From assembly GCA_000004985.1 (NCBI GenBank), contig GG738900.1: a DNA stretch of 64,000 nt; one strand, written 5' to 3'. This document shows positions 10,221-18,843 of this stretch, piece by piece (positions within the stretch are counted from its first letter, which is position 1; the number at the start of each line of letters is the position of its first letter). The notes below the pieces were generated by a model. It did no database searches. It saw nothing but the letters and a program-made list of their open reading frames with translations, and was not told the DNA's origin. This stretch comes from Naegleria gruberi (lineage: Eukaryota). The position numbers and the translations under genes were made by a program.

Positions 10221-10340
10221 GACTACAGCACCACAGGTTCCCAAGTTGTCTCCAACCTCAGTACTGATGTGGCTCGACGATGCTTACCTTCTCAAATCGG
10301 ACGGGATGAGATGCATTCATCGTGATATGGCCGTAGCCAT
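10221..10340 (-). rRNA. 5S ribosomal RNA gene
   Basis: The minus-strand sequence is (AT)GGCTACGGCCATATCACGATGAATGCATCTCATCCCGTCCGATTTGAGAAGGTAAGCATCGTCGAGCCACATCAGTACTGAGGTTGGAGACAACTTGGGAACCTGTGGTGCTGTAGTC followed by TTTTT. It matches the eukaryotic 5S consensus, including box A, the loop-C region and the ...GGTGCTGTAG 3' end. Confidence 0.9.
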
Positions 10341-10424
10341 TCATTTATTTAAGTTCTGAGTCATAAATCTTTAAGCAACAGTTAGGATTGTAAGGAATAT
10401 ATTTTAATCAAGATTTTGGTTTGT

Positions 10425-10520
10425 TCTTCACTATGAACATGCTTGACTCACAACGTTGATCACAGCTAAGCCATTGTGAAAATAATTGAGTCAAGCATGT
10501 TCATAGTGATCAACGTTGTG
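10425..10520. repeat. compound inverted repeat: cactatgaacatgcttgactca + caacgttgatcac ... tgagtcaagcatgttcatagtg + atcaacgttgtg
   Basis: A perfect 22-bp arm and a 13-14-bp arm each recur as reverse complements about 60 bp away, in A-B...A'-B' order. Confidence 0.6.
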
Positions 10521-10741
10521 CAGGATGTAATAGTTAAAGTTCATACTTTGCTCAAAATGGGAAGTTACTACCCTTAATAAGACCAATTTAAAAGAAAACA
10601 TTCATGTTCAATTTAGGAACTTTTAGAATTTTGACTTATTTTATTATCATCCACAAAGAAACCATTGTGCCAGCTCTTGTTGGTGCTAAATATGCTTGAT
10701 TTGGGTTATGTAAATTTCAAAGTGCAGAACATTTGAAAAAA

Positions 10742-13700
10742 ATGCTGAAAAACAGCATAACAGTAGATTTGAGCGGTAAGGACGGAGAAGATGGTCATCA
10801 AGGCAAGAGGTAAGAGTACATACCTCAATTTTTTTGATGTTAATATGTTGCCGAATTAGTGGACGTAATGGTGAAGTGGGAAAGGTAATGTTTCTAATCT
10901 CCCTTAATCATCATAAAATCACTGTTGTAAAATAGTCAGGGAAAAGTGGACAAATATCTGCCTTAAATAATGGAAATGGAAGTCATGGAGAACCAGGAGG
11001 ACCGTAAGTATATATTGCTGGAGTGAAATTAGCCATGTGTTAATAGAGGTGGAGATGGAGAGAATGGTGGAAAGTAAGTTCTAGCTGTTATTGAGTACTT
11101 GACCTTATTTAATATTCCTTCTCAACAACAGTGGAAAAAAGGGGCAACACGCAACAGCTGGTGGAAATATTTAAGTAAAAATTGAGGGATCCAATCACAA
11201 GTTAATCACTTTGAGTGGAAGTATCAATGATTCTGTGTGTTTGAATGATGGTGCTGGACAAGTTTTGGTGTTTCTGGCGAATGGTGGAAATGGTGGAAAG
11301 TGAGTATCAGTGTAGCTTTGATTTGAAGTGCTTACAATTATAGAGGTGGACGTGGAGGACCAGGTGGTAAGTTGCTGAATAGCAAACACGACTGAGAATG
11401 TAATTCATTCAGGAATGGGGGGAGTCGGCGGAAAAGGAGGAACTGGAGCAAGAGGTGGTAATGGTAGCTCTGGAGGTAATGGTATGAATGGTCAAGATGG
11501 TGGCAATGGAGGAAAGTAAGTATTGAATGATTGAGACAATTTTGAAACTAATAATTATTTCAGTGGTGGCGTGTAAGGAGAAATACAAGTTTAGTTAGTT
11601 GATTGAAATTTAGTGCTGGAAAAGGAGGAAATGGTGGAGAGTAAGTTTTAATAATTGGTTGGAAATTCATATGTGCGTTTAACAAGTGGAGGGGAAGGAT
11701 CCAAGTAGGTTTTTCAATTATTACAACTATTTTAATGTGGAATAGTGGTGGAAATGGTGGAAATGGAGGAAGTATTCTTATTGAAACAAATAATGCTTCC
11801 TTGTTGAAGTTTGTCAAAGCAGAAAGTCAACCAGGTAAAGGAGGAATGGATGGAAAAGGTGGCTCTGCAGGAAGTGCAGGTAAAGGAGGAGAGAAAGGAC
11901 CTGGAGGACCTGGTGGTAGAGGTGGTGCAGGAGGAGCTGCAATGGGAAGAGGAATAATCAATACAAGATCTGGATCCAATGGAAGGAATGGATCAGATGG
12001 AAAATCTGGACAAAAAGGTCAAGAAGGAAGGAAGGGAAATCCAGGACACACTGGACAAGATGGTACACCAGGAAATTTAACCATTAGAGTCTATGATCCT
12101 CTTACTAATCAACTTGTGGAGGAAGGTCATTCAATTTATAATTTGGTGGTAACAACATTCGAATTGTGTGGCTATGAAAATGATGGAATTTTTGAACCAG
12201 ATGAAAATGTCTTTATTACCAACGTTGGTGTTAAGAATCAAGGAGGATTGACATTACCATCAGGTTCAGTTCTCTCATTTCCAAGCACTCAAACATTTAT
12301 TTCAAACGGTGAATGTTATGTTTTGGAGAAGAATTTGGCACCAGGCGAATTCTTTTCAATTCCTTTCCAATTTTATGGTCGAGTTGTTGGAAGGAAACAA
12401 AAACAATTTGGCCCTTTCAAGTCAACAATTAGCATTCAATCAAGTGCTTGTCTGTTAACTTCTCCATTTAGTGAAGGTTTTGTTAAGAAGGAATATCCAG
12501 TTCAGTATCCAATAGTATTGGAAAGTGTGAAAGTTCCTAAAAGTTTGGGAAGAAATGAAAAAGGAACAGTTACAATCACCGTAAAGAATCAATCTCTTAT
12601 CAATTATGGCTCTTCATTGGGTGATGGATACAGAATTAAGTTTTGTTTAACTCTGGATTCAACGTATATCATTCTAACAGAAACAAGCGCAACTAATATA
12701 TTTGAAGAGGAAATTCCCTTCATCCAAGCAGGAATGTCATACTCTAGAACGTTTAACATTGAAACAACTATCAATGCCCAATTCTATGAAACCATTCCAA
12801 TTCAAACAAATTTATTTTTGAGAGGACATCCTATTGAGGAATCATTGAACTCCATTCGTATTCAACCAACATACATTCCAACTAATCTCGATTCTCCAAA
12901 TCCTTTCGATGTGCTCTTCTTCTCAGATAAGCACATTAATAGGCAGGAATTTTCAAATTACATGTCCCTGCTTGGTAGAATAGGATTGAACGTGAATGTA
13001 TGGGATATTGAGAGATACGGTGGACTATCTTATAATAATAAGGGTAAGAGACATACAAAATCATGGATTGATGGTGGTTATGAAGGTAAAATGATAATAA
13101 TGCCTCTTATGGAACAAGGCTCTGAAAAACAAATGGCTGTCTCAGATATTTTCCAACATTTCAGGGGCAAAAATTGGCAAAATGATTCATCAAAACCAAA
13201 CAATGGATCTATCGTTTTTATCGGTAACCCTTCTGATTCATTCAAAAGTCAACTCTTTGGCGAATGCTCAGCCCAACAAATCCCAGAATCTGAACTAAGA
13301 GAAATGTTTCTGCTTTCTGAACCGAATGAAAGCTCAATGCTTAAGAAAGCAACAGAGTTTATTAAATCCCTCAATAAGACACATCCATCAAGGGTTTATA
13401 GAACTGAAAATGTGTTATTCAATCCTCAAAAAGATGGCTCATTATCAAAAACTTTATTAGGATCAGCTGATTATAAGGAATTACCCTTAAGCACTGCTGA
13501 TGCTTTATATTTCATTCCAACAAAGAGTGGAAACTCTTCTGGATTCATGAACGGAGGTATTACACTTCAAATTGAAAGCAAATCAAATATTGGAAAATTG
13601 CTTAACACTATTCTATATTCACTTCCTGTTGAGAAAAAATTGGAATTGTTAAGGAAACCAACCGAATGGCTTTCCAAAGTTCAAATTAAGGATGAAAATG

Positions 13701-13960
13701 GTGATTTACTTAATTATGTAACTTGTATTATCTTTGCTCTAAGCTTTAATCTGTTTTTGGAAATAATTTACAACGATGAAAATGGAAGATTTTCAACGGG
13801 TATTGAAGCAGATTTTGAAGCACATTTTGATGAATATAAGAATCATCCTCAATCCAAACAAATTGTTGAAACTCTATATTTGGTATTAAAGAAACTTGGC
13901 AGTGAATTAAAATGGAGAGGAACATCGGTACCTAGCATTAAGGAAAGGAAAAACCTATGA
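10742..13960 (+). CDS. collagen-like / Gly-rich secreted protein. About 9 mini-exons encode the GGxGG-rich N-terminus, followed by a large 3' exon that begins near 11746.
   Basis: ATG at 10742. Serial short exons at about 10742-10809, 10860-10884, 10936-11003, 11047-11073, 11216-11299, 11344-11366, 11413-11515, 11614-11640, 11687-11704 and 11746-13960 have GTAAGT-type donors and stay in phase. They encode ...GKDGEDGHQGKRSGRNGEVGKSGKSG...GGNGGNGG. The large exon has a true G-X-Y run (GSDGKSGQKGQEGRKGNPGHTGQDGTPG) followed by a ~600-aa globular region. Confidence 0.65.
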
Positions 13961-15060
13961 AACTGTTTACAAAGATTTGAAAAGCATTCTCCTCAAGATT
14001 TCATCGGAACCTGCTGAATTTTTGAAGAAGGAGACCAAGACTCGTATTGGTTCTATTTCAACGGATCACTTCTTATGTCAGTTGGAGAATTTCACTAGAC
14101 CACTATTGGAAAGTTATCATTTGGAAATGGAGAAGGAACTTAGTGTGGATGGAGGAGATCATGGACATTCTCATTGACATCCTCATTGAAAAATATCACT
14201 GGAATGAAGTTGTATTATTACTCAGTTTGGTGAACTGTGCAATAAAAAAACAACTTTTAAATTCATAAAACTTTTATTGTCGTTTAAGTACCTTACTCAA
14301 CCAGATACAATAATAATGCAATTTCAAATGGAGCCAGTGCGACATCTCTAATTTTACTTGGAATTCAAATTATTCTTCAAGATAGCCCTCCACACTTGAA
14401 TAAATATTCTCTCTCACGACAGTATCAGTAACTTCTTCAAATCCTTCAATATTATTTTCCTCATCATCATCGTCACTATATTTACTAGGATTCACTTGTC
14501 CCTCTCCAGCTTTACGAACCAATTTTTGTACTTCGTAGATAATGGCATAAATTCCATCTTCATCATTACTCTTTGGTTATTTATTCTCTTTGGTTAATCT
14601 TTTCATTACATTGCTGATTTGTGTGCTAACTTCATCATCACCTGCATCAGTATACATTCCATACATTTTTTTCTTTTGTGTGGCTGGTATGTTAAAACAA
14701 TGATGAACTTAAACATCCTAAAGGTTTACATTCGGTGAACATAAACAATTCTAGAAAAAACGAAATTTTGTAATGGCATTCTGAGTTCACATTCAATTTT
14801 TATCAGTTTCCATTCAATACAACTTTCCATCTATACCTCTAAATAGACTGGTTAATTGTTTTACTTCTGATGTAACATTTACAATGACACATAATCAAGC
14901 AAATCTTAGAGATAGATATTCGTAGAATTAGTTGTTACTGTGAAAAACAACCAACTTCCCAAACTAATCTTCGGAGTTGTTTTTGGAATTTTGTCAACTC
15001 CTCAACTTCTTTAAAAAGAAGGACATTATGATAATCTTATACAAGAAAAAAACAACAAAG

Positions 15061-18000
15061 ATGAATCACAAAGGTTTTGCATTGCTTCTTGTGTTAACAT
15101 GTCTGTTGTTTATTACCATTCATCCAATAATGACTAGTGAACAAATTATTCGAAACCTTGCCGGTCAAGGAATATGTGATGGTCATTTATCAACAAATGC
15201 ACCAGTCAATCCCAGTGATTGTGCCTTTTTGGATGAAGAAATGTTAATTGCAGATGCCACTAATCATAGAATTCGTAAAGTTTTCACAAATGGAACAATT
15301 GTAACCATAGCTGGAAATGGATTTGCTGGTTACAATGGAGATGGTTTAGATGCAACAAGTGCTCAATTGAACAATCCAGTTGGCATTTATGTTGATACCA
15401 ATAGTAGAGAAGTTTACATTGCTGATTCTAATAATCATCGAATTCGTAAAATATTACAGAATGGAAAAATTACAACAATTGCTGGAACAGGAATTGCTGG
15501 CTACAATGGAGATGACAAAAGTGCAGACAGTGCCCAATTGAACACCCCAAGTGGAATTGTTATTGATCCAAATAATGGAGAAATTTTCATTTCAGATTCT
15601 AAAAATCACAGAATTCGTAAAATTTTACAAAATGGTAAAATTACAACAATTGCTGGAACTGGAGAAGCTGGTTACAATGGAGATGGAATTGAGGCAAAGT
15701 TTGCAAAATTGTATCTACCAAACGGAATTGATTTGTATGAGAAAGAGTTGTTTATTGCTGATCAAAATAATCATAGAATTCGTAAAGTTTCGCTTGATAC
15801 TGGACTAATTTCAACTATTGCTGGAAATGGAAATTCAGGTTACAATGGAGATAACATTCTGGCAACAAACTGTAAATTGAGTTTACCTGCAGGAGTTAGA
15901 TACGATTCGAAAAGAAGAGAAGTTTACATTGCTGATTCCAACAACCAAAGAATTCGTAAAATATTAGAAAGTGGAATAATTGTAACAATTGCTGGAACAG
16001 GAGAAGCTGGATTTGATAATATTCTCAATGCTACCCAATCAAAGGTTAATCATCCTAATAGTGTTACTTTGAACGAATTAGGGGAAGTTTTCATTTCAGA
16101 TTCACAAAATTATCGAGTACGAAAGATTACAACAGAAAGTGGAATAATTACAACAATTGTAGGAAATGGATTTGAAAAGTATTGCACAGATTTAGCTAGT
16201 AACACACCATTGTTTTATCCTCGTGGTATAATTTCGAATGAAAATGGAGAATTTTTCTATGCCGATTCTAGCAACCATTGTATTCGAAAAATTCTGACAA
16301 ATGGTACAATTCTTACAATTGCTGGAACAGGTACTAAGGGTTACAATGGAGATGGAATTGAAGCAACAAGTGCTCAATTAAATACTCCTCACGATGTTGC
16401 ATTAAACTTGGCAACTGGCGAGATTTACATTGCAGATACGGAAAATAATAGAATAAGAAAAATTTTGACAAATGGTACAATTACAACAATTGCAGGAACT
16501 GGAGATTATGGATACAATGGAGATGGAATCATGGCTGTAGATGCATGGTTGAATGAACCGAGTGGTGTTGAAATTGATTCCACTAGCGGTGAAGTTTTCT
16601 TTTCTGATACTGAAAATTTCAGAATTCGAAGAGTTTCGAATAGTGGAATAATTACAACAATTGCAGGAACTGGAAAATCAAAATTTAATGGAGATGGTAT
16701 GGCAACAGACACGAATCTTGCTACTCCAACTGAAATTCAATACGTTCCAAGTACTACTGAAATTTATTTTGCTGATTCTGGAAATAATAGAATTAGAAAA
16801 TTTACTATAAATGGAATGATGACAACTATTGCTGGAACAAGCACAAGTGGATATAATGGTGATAATATGCCTGCAACACGTGCTTGGTTGAATTTTCCAG
16901 TTGGTGTAACATACGATCCAAAAACCAATCAAGTTTATATTGCCGATTTATCTAATCACAGAATTAGAAAAATTCTGACAAATGGTACAATTACAACCAT
17001 TGCTGGAACAGGAAAAGGAGGTTATAATGGTAATAACTTGACAGCCTTATCCACTCAAGTGAATGGACCTCATGGAATGATACTACAACCGAATGGTGAT
17101 GTAATCTTTTCAGATAGCACCAATAATGTCATTAGAATTATCAGATCTGATCAAATTTATTGTAATGGAACATTGTCAAGTGATTTGAATGTTTGTAATG
17201 GTCGTGGTTGGTGCATGGAGAGTGGAAAATGCTCTTGTCAAGACGGATGGATTGGTGATTATTGTTCAGAGCCAACATGTGAAAATGATTGTTATGGACA
17301 TGGAAGATGTGTTTCGAATAATACATGTGAATGTGAATATGGTTGGGATGGAAACTCTCACTGTTCTCAATTTTCATGTGGTGGATTGAATAATTGTAAC
17401 TCGAATGGTTTATGTGTTTCGAATAATACTTGCAGTTGCCAATCAGGATGGGCTGGAACTGATTGTTCTCAATTTACTTGTTCTGGCGCTAGCAATTGTT
17501 CAGATCATGGTTCCTGCATTTCGAATAATACTTGTCATTGCAATTCTGGTTGGAAAGGAAATGCCCAATGTTCCCAATTTACTTGTGAACTCACAAATGA
17601 TTGTTCGAATCATGGCTTGTGTGTTTCGAATAATACTTGTCAATGTAGTTCAGGTTGGAATTTCATTAATTGTTCCATCAAAGAATGTCTCATTTCAATT
17701 GTTTCAGGTTCAAGAGAATTGATATGTGGAAATGATAATTCTTCTGGTCAACTGAAAACATTTAGCAGAATAACGACTCCAGTAATTGAAACAACAAGTT
17801 TCGAATTGAATGAAAATCAACATGTAAATGTTGATATTGGATCAAGAATAATGAATTTGGATCTATCTCAAGACAAGTATTTCATAACCTCTTCATGGAC
17901 CAATTCGAATAATTTATTCTTTACCAATGTTTCCAATTTACTAATTCAAAACTCAGGTTCATCACTTATTCAAGCAGAACTTTCAACAAAAATCAAGTAT

Positions 18001-18789
18001 TCTTTCACGCATCATTCAAATCTTGATATCATGTCATTTAACTATAATTGTTTAAGATTTGACATCCTGTCACATTTGTGGACAAATCAATCCATAACAA
18101 CAAGCATTTCTCCACAAACTAACTCCATTACATGCACAACTATATTCATTTCTTCAGTAGTTGTTCAAAGAACTTTAATCCCTTCACCATCAATCTCACC
18201 AAAACACTCATCAAATCCATTTCCATCAATTTCACATGAAAATTCAATTCCACTCCCAAGCGATGAGACAATTACATTGAATATCCAACCTGGAGAATCA
18301 ATTCTCTATCAAATAACTCTTCCATCCATGAAAAGACTTTCACTTTCGTGTAAAACAATTTCAGGAAGAGATTTAAATTTGTTTATTGGAGAAAATTTCA
18401 AACCGTCTTATGAAATGTACTCAAAAGTTATGAATTCTAATCAGGAAATGGATTTTGAAAATTGGAAGTCGATATACCAGGTGTTTTACATTCGAGTTCA
18501 AGGTTTGAAAGATTCAACAACTCAATTCACTATAAGAGCTTCAATTAGTCAACTGAGACAAGTGAATTCTTCGAGTGGAGCAAGAAATGATAATTACACC
18601 ATTGGATTAATCGTCTCAAGTGTTATTTCACTTCTATTATTAATCATTACCATCCTAACTGTTCTTAGTTGTGTTTTCTATTGGAGAAAGAAACGTAAAC
18701 TTATGGAAGAAACCAGAACGAAACTACTTTCAACTCCTAATTCGCTTCAGTATTCACCTCACCAACCGTATGAAATGGAGGAAGCATAA
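15061..18789 (+). CDS. type I membrane protein with a signal peptide, 12 NHL repeats, about 6 tenascin-type EGF-like repeats, a Ser/Thr-rich stalk, one TM helix and a short cytoplasmic tail
   Basis: The signal peptide begins at MNHKGFALLLVLTCLLFITIHP. Twelve units of the form (A/S)DxxNHRIRKI...TIAGTGxxGYNGDG are followed by repeated CxNxGxCxxNNTCxCxxGWxGxxCSQF(T/S)C. The TM helix is IGLIVSSVISLLLLIITILTVLSCVFYW. The track ORF starts 84 nt upstream at a non-ATG codon. Confidence 0.8.
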   Translation: MNHKGFALLLVLTCLLFITIHPIMTSEQIIRNLAGQGICDGHLSTNAPVNPSDCAFLDEEMLIADATNHRIRKVFTNGTIVTIAGNGFAGYNGDGLDATSAQLNNPVGIYVDTNSREVYIADSNNHRIRKILQNGKITTIAGTGIAGYNGDDKSADSAQLNTPSGIVIDPNNGEIFISDSKNHRIRKILQNGKITTIAGTGEAGYNGDGIEAKFAKLYLPNGIDLYEKELFIADQNNHRIRKVSLDTGLISTIAGNGNSGYNGDNILATNCKLSLPAGVRYDSKRREVYIADSNNQRIRKILESGIIVTIAGTGEAGFDNILNATQSKVNHPNSVTLNELGEVFISDSQNYRVRKITTESGIITTIVGNGFEKYCTDLASNTPLFYPRGIISNENGEFFYADSSNHCIRKILTNGTILTIAGTGTKGYNGDGIEATSAQLNTPHDVALNLATGEIYIADTENNRIRKILTNGTITTIAGTGDYGYNGDGIMAVDAWLNEPSGVEIDSTSGEVFFSDTENFRIRRVSNSGIITTIAGTGKSKFNGDGMATDTNLATPTEIQYVPSTTEIYFADSGNNRIRKFTINGMMTTIAGTSTSGYNGDNMPATRAWLNFPVGVTYDPKTNQVYIADLSNHRIRKILTNGTITTIAGTGKGGYNGNNLTALSTQVNGPHGMILQPNGDVIFSDSTNNVIRIIRSDQIYCNGTLSSDLNVCNGRGWCMESGKCSCQDGWIGDYCSEPTCENDCYGHGRCVSNNTCECEYGWDGNSHCSQFSCGGLNNCNSNGLCVSNNTCSCQSGWAGTDCSQFTCSGASNCSDHGSCISNNTCHCNSGWKGNAQCSQFTCELTNDCSNHGLCVSNNTCQCSSGWNFINCSIKECLISIVSGSRELICGNDNSSGQLKTFSRITTPVIETTSFELNENQHVNVDIGSRIMNLDLSQDKYFITSSWTNSNNLFFTNVSNLLIQNSGSSLIQAELSTKIKYSFTHHSNLDIMSFNYNCLRFDILSHLWTNQSITTSISPQTNSITCTTIFISSVVVQRTLIPSPSISPKHSSNPFPSISHENSIPLPSDETITLNIQPGESILYQITLPSMKRLSLSCKTISGRDLNLFIGENFKPSYEMYSKVMNSNQEMDFENWKSIYQVFYIRVQGLKDSTTQFTIRASISQLRQVNSSSGARNDNYTIGLIVSSVISLLLLIITILTVLSCVFYWRKKRKLMEETRTKLLSTPNSLQYSPHQPYEMEEA

Positions 18790-18843
18790 ACTATTGAACT
18801 GTTTTATAAACACAAATAGAATTTATTGTAAAAGTTTAAAAAA

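Noticed and set aside
10205-10340. The 120-nt repeat, first suspected to be a SINE or Class-I-type small RNA
   Set aside because: Reverse-complementing gives an unambiguous full-length 5S rRNA with terminator, so I annotated it as 5S genes. A 5S-derived SINE cannot be fully excluded without genome-wide context, but there is no appended non-5S tail.
11132-11174. Gly-rich segment TGGAAAAAAGGGGCAACACGCAACAGCTGGTGGAAATATT between mini-exons of the collagen-like gene, considered as an additional exon
   Set aside because: In phase it runs into a TAA before any GT donor. Skipping it (exon at ~11047-11073 joined directly to ~11216-11299) keeps the frame, so I treat it as intronic. The 9-nt segment at 11564-11572 is handled the same way.
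14977-15060. Upstream extension of the NHL/EGF gene ORF (MFLEFCQLLNFFKKKDIMIILYKKKTTK)
   Set aside because: It begins at a non-ATG codon in the track. The downstream ATG at 15061 is followed by a textbook signal peptide, so the extension is most likely 5' UTR.
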